Shown here piece after piece: positions 29,974 to 38,233 of a stretch of 63,300 bases of DNA. Both the position numbers and the translations under genes were made by a program. A model generated the notes under the pieces. That model had not been told where the DNA came from, searched no databases, and saw nothing but the letters and a program-made list of their open reading frames with translations. The stretch spans positions 1 through 63,300 of IMG/VR virus record IMGVR_UViG_3300032280_000788, one strand, 5' to 3'. The DNA is from a virus. Its lineage: Duplodnaviria; Caudoviricetes. The first letter of the stretch is position 1. Every line of letters starts with the position of its first letter.

Positions 29974-31116
29974 TTATTCTTGGGTCAGGGTGAACCTTTC
30001 GGCGCCCTTATCCAAAATTCTTTCGGCCTGCATGCCGTCTTCAAATTCGCGAGCCCACGCGGTCTTTTTACCCTTAGGGGCTTTACTTGCGTAATGGTCT
30101 CTAATTTTGGCCAGTGGCACATCGCTGAGTTGAATAATGTCGAAAGCGGTCAGGCCGCGCTCAGAGGCATAACTGAGGAATCCAGCTTTGTCCACAATAA
30201 TCTTTCGGGAACCTAAACTTTTTAGGCGCAGGCCCGGCAACTCGTGGCCCTGCTTGGCCATTTCAACGGCACGGTATCGAATCCCTTCTGCCCACTTTTC
30301 TACAATTGTAGCAACAACGTACATGCGCGCCAGTACTTCTGGGTCCTCAATATCCTTGCCTGAGATGTTTCCGCTGGGAAGCTGTTCGGGACTATAACGC
30401 TTAACGACCTCCTGTGCGGTGTGACCCAAGGCGGGGCATCTGTCCTTGTGTAGGCAGTACTGGCAGCTGTTGCTAATGCTAAGCTGGCCCCAATCTGGGA
30501 CCCCGCCAAAGGACCACTGCGGTCGGGTACGCGTGGCCTGTTGAATTGCAGCGCTTAGCTTGTCAATGTACTCCGCGAGCTTCTCGCGGGTGTACTCGCC
30601 AACCAAAAGTTCGTTTCGCTGCGGCATGCTAAAGCTTGCAAATATGGAGTTTACTTCTGGGAACATTTGAAATACGCCAACGGCGTACGCAGTGCTCTGC
30701 CAATTTTCGGGCGGGGCGTCTACTTTTCCAATGCCTGTTTTGTGGTCATGGAGCACCGCGCAGTTACCGGCCACCGCGACAATGTCCGCGGTACCAAATG
30801 TTTCGCAGCCGTTAAGCTGCATTTCCAGACGAATTTCTTGGTGAATAACTGGCTCGATTTTTGTGCGTGTGCGCAGAAATTCAATTGCGCCGTCCATGTC
30901 CTCGAGAAGCTTCTCATAGATTTCAACTTCTTTCTCGTCATGCAGGGCGCTTGGGTTTCGGATTTCAACGGCTTCGTGGATACGTGTGCCCATTTCTGCG
31001 GCCGAGTTTGTGCCGCCCCTACTCTCCCAGCCGGGGCAGTTGTTAATGTGCTTTAGGCTGCTCGGTCCAAACTCTGCGTGAGGACGTGCGCTGTGGTCTA
31101 CGTTTTTATTTTCCAT
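29974..31116 (-). CDS. DUF2800-type PD-(D/E)XK (Cas4-like) exonuclease
   Basis: HAEFGPSS...CPG, AEMGTRIHE, FGTAD...DHKTG, CQYC....RCP. Confidence 0.85.
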   Translation of the reverse strand: MENKNVDHSARPHAEFGPSSLKHINNCPGWESRGGTNSAAEMGTRIHEAVEIRNPSALHDEKEVEIYEKLLEDMDGAIEFLRTRTKIEPVIHQEIRLEMQLNGCETFGTADIVAVAGNCAVLHDHKTGIGKVDAPPENWQSTAYAVGVFQMFPEVNSIFASFSMPQRNELLVGEYTREKLAEYIDKLSAAIQQATRTRPQWSFGGVPDWGQLSISNSCQYCLHKDRCPALGHTAQEVVKRYSPEQLPSGNISGKDIEDPEVLARMYVVATIVEKWAEGIRYRAVEMAKQGHELPGLRLKSLGSRKIIVDKAGFLSYASERGLTAFDIIQLSDVPLAKIRDHYASKAPKGKKTAWAREFEDGMQAERILDKGAERFTLTQE

Positions 31117-31324
31117 ATGGATTAATGTGTGTTTGAGTAATCTGTTCGGCGTCGGCCAGTAAGTGTTCTTTAACTGAGTTTAAGGATTTTAGCAATCCTT
31201 TTATTTGAACACTTTGTTTTGAGTCTGGCCCGCTGTACTTAACGCATAATTTATGCATCTGCCTTAGTGCTGCTTTTGATGTGCTTAGAAAAATTGCTAA
31301 TTGTTTGTGCGTCGTTAGGTCCAT
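31106..31324 (-). CDS. Hypothetical protein
   Basis: 72-aa ORF within the operon. Confidence 0.55.
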   Translation of the reverse strand: MDLTTHKQLAIFLSTSKAALRQMHKLCVKYSGPDSKQSVQIKGLLKSLNSVKEHLLADAEQITQTHINPYGK

Positions 31325-31339
31325 GGTAAGGGATAATTC

Positions 31340-32680
31340 TTACACTAAATCAAGATTTTCGTCAAGTCGCGTGTATTCAATACCGTGCAGTGTTTGGAGG
31401 TTCTCACACTTTTTGTTAATAATGTTGACTACGTTTTCTTCGACGGTTCCCGCCGCAACGACAACAAGCTGCAGCGAATCTGATTTAGCGCCGTTGCGGT
31501 GTGTGCGACCGAGCACCTGCAAGTGACTCTTAGCGTTAAAGGTAGGACTTATTAGTGACACACGCTGCCTTTTTCCGCTTACGTCATGGAGGCTGAGTCC
31601 AGTCCCACCAGCCTCAATGTTAATAACCAGAACTTGGTCAGTGTCGTTTTGGAAGTTGTCAATAAATTCTTGGCGTTTGGTGCTTAATTGACCGCCCTGT
31701 ACCACGTTACATTTAAGTTCTTGGGCTAACTTTTCCGCGGTCTCTCTGAAGTTAACAAATAAAATTACCGCCATATTCTGGTCAATATAGTCTTGTGCAA
31801 GCTGGACTAAATTCGCCACCTTATTAAGTTCCGCTTCCTGCCGAGCACGGAGCAACCGCACAATAAACGGCTCGCTTTCTTGTTCTTGGTCCTCGTCAAT
31901 TGTCGAATCAATAATGTAGCTCGTTAGTGCTTCCTCACTAATCTTGTATCTTGAATAAACATCCTTGGTGCAAGATACAGGAAACATGTGTACATGATTC
32001 TGTTTAAAACTATCGGGAAAATCTTTTACAGAAAGACGATACGCTATTCCACTGGGCCCGTAAAGTTGCTCTTTGAGTTCCTTTAGTTTTTCTTTATCGC
32101 GCAAGTACCAGCTTCCCCAAGTATCTTGGGAGCACCCAACAGAATACATCCACCCTACCCAGCTGCGCAAAGGAGCCTGCGGTGAGTTTAAATTATGCAG
32201 TCCGGTTGCGTAGCCCAGAGCACGCATTTCGGTTGGGTCTTCGCAAGCGGTTGCGCTAAGCAAATGCAGTTTATATTTTTGCTGGGCGGCGCTAATAAGC
32301 AGCTGAGCATTTTGGGAATAAGCCCCCTTGCACTTATGGACCTCGTCAAAAATAATTAGTGTGTCCGGCGGGAGCGCCCAGCGCATTATTTTTTTCCCTA
32401 CCTTTTTCAAGTAAACTGTGTTTCCTGTGCGCAGCGACTCGTAATTTAGGACAAACAAAGGTTCAATTCCATGTTCTGCAAGTTCACGCTTCCAGCTAAT
32501 TATAACAGATTTTGGGCAGACCACCGCCACCGGATAGCCAAGCGCAATTGCGAGGCTAACGCTAACCACAGTTTTGCCGGTCCCAACCATGCTTGTGTCT
32601 AGAGTATTTAAACCTCTATTACGGTGAACGCTTATAAAAAAATCTCTAGCTTTTTGCTGCGCTGGAAACAATGTTTTCAT
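31340..32680 (-). CDS. Superfamily 2 (SNF2/DEAD-like) helicase
   Basis: GTGKT, DEVH, SAT, GGTGLSL and QVLGRTHR motifs. Confidence 0.92.
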   Translation of the reverse strand: MKTLFPAQQKARDFFISVHRNRGLNTLDTSMVGTGKTVVSVSLAIALGYPVAVVCPKSVIISWKRELAEHGIEPLFVLNYESLRTGNTVYLKKVGKKIMRWALPPDTLIIFDEVHKCKGAYSQNAQLLISAAQQKYKLHLLSATACEDPTEMRALGYATGLHNLNSPQAPLRSWVGWMYSVGCSQDTWGSWYLRDKEKLKELKEQLYGPSGIAYRLSVKDFPDSFKQNHVHMFPVSCTKDVYSRYKISEEALTSYIIDSTIDEDQEQESEPFIVRLLRARQEAELNKVANLVQLAQDYIDQNMAVILFVNFRETAEKLAQELKCNVVQGGQLSTKRQEFIDNFQNDTDQVLVINIEAGGTGLSLHDVSGKRQRVSLISPTFNAKSHLQVLGRTHRNGAKSDSLQLVVVAAGTVEENVVNIINKKCENLQTLHGIEYTRLDENLDLV

Positions 32681-32958
32681 GATTCAGTATATACAATATA
32701 ATCAAAATATTCAAAACCGTTGCCGTCTACAAAGTACGGTTCGTATTTTATTTTAGTAATTTTTTCGTTAGTGTTTAGAAGAAAATTACCAACAATTAAA
32801 CACGGTCCGCCCGGAGGGTCCACCATGGTGTAACCGTCTGGGCCCCCAGCGAAGCTCCACGCCAGCCCGTCACTATCTACCCGCCAAATCCATTTATTAG
32901 GATTTAGCTTTACGAGTGTTACGTCGTTTCCGTAGCGGTTCTTGGATACTATTTTCAT
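32677..32958 (-). CDS. Hypothetical protein
   Basis: KNRYG...VDPPGGP motif; ATGA overlap with the helicase. Confidence 0.7.
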   Translation of the reverse strand: MKIVSKNRYGNDVTLVKLNPNKWIWRVDSDGLAWSFAGGPDGYTMVDPPGGPCLIVGNFLLNTNEKITKIKYEPYFVDGNGFEYFDYIVYTES

Positions 32959-33433
32959 TTGCGTATTTACCGATTAATGCTGCGTCTATAATGCCGTCGT
33001 GTGGTACTTTGCTTTTACCGACACACCAATCTTGAGTCGGCCAAAGCAGACGTGCTTTAGCCAATGCATAGTCTTTTGTCAAGCCTTTGGGCACTTTACT
33101 TCCTAACATATTTTTGTGCCACTCTGGAACCTGCACGCGCACATAAGGTATGTCCGCCGCGCTACACATTCCAATTAGTTTACCAAAGCTTATAGACATG
33201 CTCCTCATGCTCTGCAAAGTTGCCGCGTAGTAAAGTGGTTCCTCTATGGCTACCAGTGGGTCTTTCCAAACCTTTAACCATTTAAGAAGAGATTCAGGAT
33301 CTATTTCTCGGAGTCCTGCAAACTTAGTGTTCGGCATGCGTAGTACGTCTAGTATACGTCCGGTCGCCGCGTCCATTGCGCAGCAGCCTCCGTCTAGCCC
33401 GTTATCTATGCCGATTATATTTTTATGGGACAC
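32897..33433 (-). CDS. ruvC: RuvC-like Holliday junction resolvase
   Basis: IIGIDNG, AIEE, FGKLIG, P.W.K and HDGIIDAALI motifs. Confidence 0.85.
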   Translation of the reverse strand: MSHKNIIGIDNGLDGGCCAMDAATGRILDVLRMPNTKFAGLREIDPESLLKWLKVWKDPLVAIEEPLYYAATLQSMRSMSISFGKLIGMCSAADIPYVRVQVPEWHKNMLGSKVPKGLTKDYALAKARLLWPTQDWCVGKSKVPHDGIIDAALIGKYANENSIQEPLRKRRNTRKAKS

Positions 33434-33439
33434 CCATAC

Positions 33440-33469
33440 AACTTACTGTAAATAAGTTGCAAATGTCAA
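33440..33469 (-). promoter_or_regulatory. Sigma70-like promoter
   Basis: TTGACA-N18-TAAGTT on the - strand, 6 nt before GTG 33433. Confidence 0.5.
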
Positions 33470-33678
33470 GTCTGGTTAACAAGTTTTCGCGGGCGTACAA
33501 CAACCGGTTGTACCGTACTACGCTTTATTTTTACCCCGGTTAGCCTAGCCGCTAACGCTTGCGCGTGTTCGGGGGTCGGTGCAATTATGGCGTAATCTCT
33601 GAAATTAGGGTCTGTAAACGCTACGGCGTGCCAATGAAGTTTTCCTGTTTTGTTTATTGGTTCTAAATTATTTTTCAT
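33466..33678 (-). CDS. Hypothetical protein
   Basis: 70-aa ORF in a tightly packed operon. Confidence 0.55.
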   Translation of the reverse strand: MKNNLEPINKTGKLHWHAVAFTDPNFRDYAIIAPTPEHAQALAARLTGVKIKRSTVQPVVVRPRKLVNQT

Positions 33679-33850
33679 TATTTATTGAATCGACTAGCTC
33701 ATTAATCGCAATTTCAAGCAGGTCCAGTTCTACTGTTAATTGTTTTGTTGACCCCAACTTTTCCTTTTTAGCTCTTCTAAAGTAGGCCTCTTTAAGAGCG
33801 GTCAGGATCAGTTTCTGTATTATTTGTTTCTCTATCTGTTCTGTTTTCAT
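33668..33850 (-). CDS. Hypothetical protein
   Basis: 60-aa ORF. Confidence 0.55.
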   Translation of the reverse strand: MKTEQIEKQIIQKLILTALKEAYFRRAKKEKLGSTKQLTVELDLLEIAINELVDSINNEK

Positions 33851-33971
33851 GTGATTGTTCTAAAGCTATTTGTCTCCACCTCTCAGCCTCTGCTTTCCAT
33901 AACGCTGCTTCTTTAAGGGCTGCGTTTTTGTCGGCAATAATCGTTGAGATGGCGTCGTCTACAGCACTCAT
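33792..33971 (-). CDS. Hypothetical protein (59 aa; not in the ORF track)
   Basis: MSAVDDAISTIIADKNAALKEAALWKAEAERWRQ...; ATGA overlap with the upstream gene. Confidence 0.55.
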   Translation of the reverse strand: MSAVDDAISTIIADKNAALKEAALWKAEAERWRQIALEQSHENRTDRETNNTETDPDRS

Positions 33972-34180
33972 GGTCGATTTTTAATTTTACGTTTAATGAT
34001 GTCGAAGAGGGACATGTGTGCGATAATTGAATCGAAATGTCGAAGACTTTTTTCGCACGACGGACAGACGGGTTCTTTCAGCCGTTCATCTGGCGCGTTG
34101 TTACGGCGTCCTTTACAGCCGCACATCTTGCAGGTGTAGCGACGTGACGGCAGCTTAGTAGAACTCTGGTGGTTTGACAT
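33968..34180 (-). CDS. Zinc-finger protein
   Basis: CKMCGC...CPSC; start taken at ATG 34180. Confidence 0.55.
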   Translation of the reverse strand: MSNHQSSTKLPSRRYTCKMCGCKGRRNNAPDERLKEPVCPSCEKSLRHFDSIIAHMSLFDIIKRKIKNRP

Positions 34181-34400
34181 GTCTGAAGGGGTTTCCGCTT
34201 TTGGGTGGGTGTACTCCGTCCATCCAGAACGTCTGCGCTTGCGTTGTTCTGGCAAAACCCACACACATCAGGATCTCGAAATACGCTGACGGGTATTGTT
34301 CGGCCAGACGCATGGCTTCTGCCTGTGCGGCTTCAAGTGTGGCGTGGCGTACTTTAGGTGCGTTATTATTGTATCGGTATACGTAGTAGTATGGTTTCAT
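34155..34400 (-). CDS. Hypothetical protein
   Basis: PKVRHATLEAAQAEAMRLA...P...FEIL, a pattern common in small phage proteins. Confidence 0.7.
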   Translation of the reverse strand: MKPYYYVYRYNNNAPKVRHATLEAAQAEAMRLAEQYPSAYFEILMCVGFARTTQAQTFWMDGVHPPKSGNPFRHVKPPEFY

Positions 34401-34418
34401 AGATTTATTTGTTGGAAG

Positions 34419-34544
34419 CCCACATCAGTCCGACATTGGCTAGTGCATAAGCGCACCAGACTAATGCCCACGGATAGTTGCCGCTTACAGCGTGGGACAC
34501 GCCGACTACTGCGTACAGAACGGTAACTACGCCGATGATGTGGG
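34419..34544 (-). ncRNA. Candidate multi-branched structured RNA (class unknown)
   Basis: Closing stem CCCACAUCA/UGAUGUGGG encloses three hairpins; G-U pairs favour the - strand; it fills the intergenic gap. Confidence 0.55.
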
Positions 34545-34556
34545 ATTCGTCAATCA

Positions 34557-34811
34557 TTAGTTATAGTTTTCTTCACGAAACATTTTGTTGAGTTTCCGAA
34601 CGGCGTTGCCTGAATGAATGATGTTGAGGTCGTTGTAAAGCTCAATAAGCAGTCCTCTGTATTCGTCGCGCTCGCGTTCCAGCTTTTGGCATAAAAAAAC
34701 AATTGGATTTTCATATGTAATTTTGTTGGCATTAACCCAAACATCCTCCTGTAAGAATTTAAGATGCTTGTTTGCCTTTACACACTTGTCGGTTTCTGGT
34801 GTGTCACTCAT
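34557..34811 (-). CDS. Hypothetical protein, MSDTPETD...KLERERD family
   Basis: Paralogous to the second half of 34808-35275. Confidence 0.7.
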   Translation of the reverse strand: MSDTPETDKCVKANKHLKFLQEDVWVNANKITYENPIVFLCQKLERERDEYRGLLIELYNDLNIIHSGNAVRKLNKMFREENYN

Positions 34812-35275
34812 GGCTTCGGGGGTAGGGATTGGAGGACTGCCCTGAATGATTCAAAATCGTTTTCATCTAGCCATTCAGCGTGATCCCACGCATCGACAAC
34901 TTTGTCCAAAGCCTCCGCCAGCCTGTCGCGTTGCTCGCGCGACTGATAGACCATACGTTCGAGCATAAGAGTACCTTTGTGATTGGCTTTAATCTGCTCC
35001 GCCAGCCTGTCGCGTTCACGTTCAAGTTTTCTGGCGAAGGCTGAGAGAACAATGGAACCATCTTCGTGTTGGTATCCACCAACGTCGTAGGCTTGTGCGT
35101 CTGTTTCTGGTGTGTCACTCATTGTTTGGTCGGGTTGGTCGGGTTGGTTATCATCAACGTCTTCGCCGCAATCACGACAATAATAACCCATCGGTACAGA
35201 GCGCGAAAAGAACGGCTCATTGTTGCTTCCGCAATGTGGGCAATAGACGTGATTTGTTTTTGGTGTCTTACTCAT
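34808..35275 (-). CDS. Zinc ribbon fused to an MSDTPETD...KLERERD domain
   Basis: CPHCG...CRDCG followed by an internal MSDTPETD; start at ATG 35275 (ATGA overlap). Confidence 0.65.
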   Translation of the reverse strand: MSKTPKTNHVYCPHCGSNNEPFFSRSVPMGYYCRDCGEDVDDNQPDQPDQTMSDTPETDAQAYDVGGYQHEDGSIVLSAFARKLERERDRLAEQIKANHKGTLMLERMVYQSREQRDRLAEALDKVVDAWDHAEWLDENDFESFRAVLQSLPPKP

Positions 35276-35520
35276 TGTTTCAATTTCTCGATTTCTTGAA
35301 TCAACTTGCCCACAGCCTTCGCGATGTGGGGCCACTCATCGAGGTCAAAGTGGAGATTTTTTTCATCGCCCTCATCTGGAAGTTGCCTTATTTCAATAAA
35401 CGGTCCAGCGGCTTCGTCCACGATGCTGATCTCTGTGGCTTGCTCGCTAAAGATCGGATGGCCTTTCGGCAGTACTGTTATTCTTGATGTTATTGTGTTC
35501 ATGTTCCTGATCGGTGTCAT
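35272..35520 (-). CDS. Hypothetical protein
   Basis: IFSEQAT.ISIVDEAAGPF motif; 82 aa. Confidence 0.7.
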   Translation of the reverse strand: MTPIRNMNTITSRITVLPKGHPIFSEQATEISIVDEAAGPFIEIRQLPDEGDEKNLHFDLDEWPHIAKAVGKLIQEIEKLKQ

Positions 35521-35655
35521 TTAGTGTTTAGTTGTGTCTATTTCCTGTTTAGCTCCCGTGCGGGAATGCAGCCTTTTTGCTCAGAGTGCGCGGCTCGATC
35601 CACTGACCGCTACTGCCAAAACTGTCGTGTTTCTCCCAACCGGTACGGGAAATTG

Positions 35656-35730
35656 TGGAGCCCCTTGACGGAGTCGAACCATCATATCAAAATTACAAAT
35701 TTCGTGTAATAACCGTTATACTAAAGGGGC
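35656..35730 (-). tRNA. tRNA-Thr(UGU)
   Basis: Acceptor GCCCCTT/AAGGGGC + T + CCA; anticodon arm CGAAA-TTTGTAA-TTTTG; T-arm GATGG-TTCGACT-CCGTC. Confidence 0.9.
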
Positions 35731-35751
35731 GGAGATTGGTTGCTAAGATTG

Positions 35752-36063
35752 TTATTCCGTTATTCTTCGGCATTGCTTGTGGTCAGTTTCGTAATGAAAA
35801 ATTGAATGGCAGTTTGCACATAAAACTCTACATTTTTTAATTTCGGTTAAGATATCTTCTCGATTGCTATTCATGTTTACCATACGGCTGACACCATTCT
35901 TTTTCTCGTCTTTGTTTTTATGGTGAAATTGAATAACGGCAGGGTGAGAAGCACCGCACTCTTCACAAGAAAGTTTAGACTTAAAGTCCCAAAACCACTC
36001 TTTTGTTAATCGTTTCCAGTTTCGGTGGAATGCTTGTTGCTTTTCTTTGTCCGCGTATGGCAT
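35752..36063 (-). CDS. HNH endonuclease
   Basis: CEECG...FHH...EIKKCRVLCANCH. Confidence 0.85.
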   Translation of the reverse strand: MPYADKEKQQAFHRNWKRLTKEWFWDFKSKLSCEECGASHPAVIQFHHKNKDEKKNGVSRMVNMNSNREDILTEIKKCRVLCANCHSIFHYETDHKQCRRITE

Positions 36064-36075
36064 TTATTTTTGTTG

Positions 36076-36273
36076 TTAGATGCAGTTGTCCTCAAGGAAC
36101 TCACGATTGAACATGGACTCAGTGATGTTTGGATGCCATGTCATGTAGGTCATGACTGTCCGGAACACTGTGACAAGTTCCTCTAGCGGGACATCACGCG
36201 GAAACGTGAACTCCATCTTGCTTCCTTCATGTGGGATCTCCACGCTGATCTTCATTCGTCGGTCGTTATTCAT
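36076..36273 (-). CDS. Hypothetical protein
   Basis: 65 aa; ATGA overlap. Confidence 0.65.
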   Translation of the reverse strand: MNNDRRMKISVEIPHEGSKMEFTFPRDVPLEELVTVFRTVMTYMTWHPNITESMFNREFLEDNCI

Positions 36274-37010
36274 GGTTGTGGATCTGGATATTTGAGGTCG
36301 CAGTCTTCACAGATGTACCCGTAAAGCCAATGATAAATTTTACGGCGACCACATTTGCATTCGTCGTCGATTTGAGATTCTGGTATAAGATCACAATTTG
36401 TGATGAAGATGCGGTATTCTGGTACAGTGTTTTCTTCAAGGTCGCAATCTGCGACCTTACGGCGGTACAAATCAATGGATTCCACTTCTATTCCCATAGC
36501 CTTTACTATGCTCGTTTCTTTCCATTCGCCAACTTGTTCATCAAAGAACTCGTCGCCTTCTTGAATGAACTCTCCTTCTTTAAGGACGCGGTATTCTGGT
36601 ACGGTGTCTTCGTCAAGCGGACCCCAAAAGTCTTCGTACGACGCGCCTACTTTCGGAGAACCTTCCTCAGTTTCGTCGTTAGTGGGTCGCTTGTTCCTGT
36701 CATCCTGTAGCTTGCCACATACCTCTGCATCCATAAGGATGTTCGCGCTACAGGCAATATGTGCCAGATGCGTGATACCGGATTCAGGGTCCAGTGATTC
36801 GCCGTCCCGCCATGCGTTCAAGTGGCGCAGGATTGCGTTGACATAAGTGCTGGCACATACGCCAGCCTCGCGCCAGTTCCACGGACCGTACTTGTCTGCG
36901 CCCAACTTGTGGACCCATGAGGTTTGTTCCATTGCATACGGAGGGACTAATCCCAATGGGGCTTTCAGGGAGCCCGCTTGCCCTTTGGGGTCATTGTATT
37001 GTGTTTGCAT
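36270..37010 (-). CDS. dATP/dGTP diphosphohydrolase domain protein (DUF5664-like) with a composite C-terminus
   Basis: K.PL.LVP...GADKYGPWNW...AILRHL.AW..GE..DPESG..HLAH. Confidence 0.85.
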   Translation of the reverse strand: MQTQYNDPKGQAGSLKAPLGLVPPYAMEQTSWVHKLGADKYGPWNWREAGVCASTYVNAILRHLNAWRDGESLDPESGITHLAHIACSANILMDAEVCGKLQDDRNKRPTNDETEEGSPKVGASYEDFWGPLDEDTVPEYRVLKEGEFIQEGDEFFDEQVGEWKETSIVKAMGIEVESIDLYRRKVADCDLEENTVPEYRIFITNCDLIPESQIDDECKCGRRKIYHWLYGYICEDCDLKYPDPQP

Positions 37011-37016
37011 TGAATT

Positions 37017-37241
37017 TTAGTTAGTGAACACTAAAGAATTAAACTGTAAAGACCACAAGTTATCGCCTTCGTGGGTAGCCCGCAAAACCAACTCGCCTGT
37101 ATCTGGGTGTGTTATCATTTGAGTTACGCGTTTATTTTTAATTGGTGCTGTCGGCTTCACGCCAATGGATTCCATTAGACTAACGAAGTCTTCGTTGGTG
37201 GCTAGCCTAGTCTGACAGTTGTTTATTGTTTTGGTCTTCAT
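37017..37241 (-). CDS. Hypothetical protein
   Basis: 74-aa ORF between 30-bp direct repeats. Confidence 0.6.
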   Translation of the reverse strand: MKTKTINNCQTRLATNEDFVSLMESIGVKPTAPIKNKRVTQMITHPDTGELVLRATHEGDNLWSLQFNSLVFTN

Positions 37242-37290
37242 ATTTTAGTCGTTCTATTTTTTGTTTGTATTCTGCTGCCCTTTGGGGTCG

Positions 37291-37629
37291 TTATACATTC
37301 GGTTGGTTTTCTGTTTTAAGATACACAATGCCATCAATAAGTTCATATTGGGGGAGAGCATTTAGAGGTAAGCACGCTTTGGTTATGCAATAGGAGATGG
37401 AGTCTTTAAAAACAGCGCACGCCTGAAGTATCCCCCCACTATCACCCTCAGAGAAGTCCGGAGATTCTATGGCAATAGCCTTACCGTTACAGTAGATAGC
37501 GCAGTGATAAAAGAATCTTGTATAGTCGAAGTCAGTAGGCTCTCCAACGCACTTGCTGCCGGAAAACGGTGAGCGTTTGCTTATGGTAAGAGTAAATTTT
37601 GCTGGTAGTTCAAATTGTGGATCGCTCAT
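37291..37629 (-). CDS. Hypothetical protein
   Basis: 112-aa ORF between 30-bp direct repeats. Confidence 0.6.
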   Translation of the reverse strand: MSDPQFELPAKFTLTISKRSPFSGSKCVGEPTDFDYTRFFYHCAIYCNGKAIAIESPDFSEGDSGGILQACAVFKDSISYCITKACLPLNALPQYELIDGIVYLKTENQPNV

Positions 37630-37647
37630 AAAACTTTTCCTTTGGGG

Positions 37648-37866
37648 TCATTGTATTGTGTTTGCATTTAGTGTGTCTATTTTCCGATAGTATTCTGCTG
37701 CCCTGTCAAATTTTCCTTCTTCGATTGCTGTGTTGTGCATCTTCAGCAGTTCTGCAAAAGTAAATTCCCTCTGCTTGCGAAAGATTTCATCAAAGTGATT
37801 GCGATATGCTTCGCCATCTACGTGGCGCGGCAAATCACCTTTTCCTGCTCCAGATCCAAAACTCAT
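37648..37866 (-). CDS. Hypothetical protein (GAGKGD.PR...Y...FD.IF family)
   Basis: 72 aa with a recognisable small-phage-protein N-terminus. Confidence 0.7.
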   Translation of the reverse strand: MSFGSGAGKGDLPRHVDGEAYRNHFDEIFRKQREFTFAELLKMHNTAIEEGKFDRAAEYYRKIDTLNANTIQ

Positions 37867-37926
37867 AACGGGGATGGATTTAACCGATTAGCAAAAACTT
37901 TGCAAGAAAAAAAAATTGGACCCCGT

Positions 37927-38223
37927 TTACCACAGGTGTTTGCACGCCCAGTACCGCGCGGTGGTCTTGTCTTTGGCGGTCTGGCAACTATGACGCGCCC
38001 TGAAATTTGAGCGTCGTTTGGGGTCCTTGTGCTGGGTAAAGTCCTCGTACCCCCGCGCGCCGAACGAGACTTTTCTGACCTTATCGCCCTGCTTTCCGAG
38101 CACTACAAACTTTTTCTCGGAGTCCTTGGGCGCGCGCTTTGGCTTATTAAAGCCAGCGAACAATTCGCCGCGGAACTGGATCTTCCCAGACGGCAGTCTT
38201 TTAAAGTGTTTCGGTGCGGACAT
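37927..38223 (-). CDS. Basic protein, DUF5754-like
   Basis: KKFVV...VSFGARGYEDFTQHKD.KRR.NFRARH...TARYWA...LW; start taken at ATG 38223. Confidence 0.7.
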   Translation of the reverse strand: MSAPKHFKRLPSGKIQFRGELFAGFNKPKRAPKDSEKKFVVLGKQGDKVRKVSFGARGYEDFTQHKDPKRRSNFRARHSCQTAKDKTTARYWACKHLW

Positions 38224-38233
38224 GACAACAATA

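Noticed and set aside
29974-31116. Cas4-like nuclease as evidence of a CRISPR system
   Set aside because: It has the DUF2800-type layout and sits in the replication module with no array nearby.
35554-35655. HDV-like theta ribozyme after the tRNA
   Set aside because: There is no G at the tRNA 3' junction and no recognisable P1/P1.1/L3 nested pseudoknot.
36270-37010. Z-base (2-aminoadenine) or other modified-base pathway
   Set aside because: No PurZ, DatZ or other modification genes are recognisable, and the diphosphohydrolase alone is insufficient evidence.
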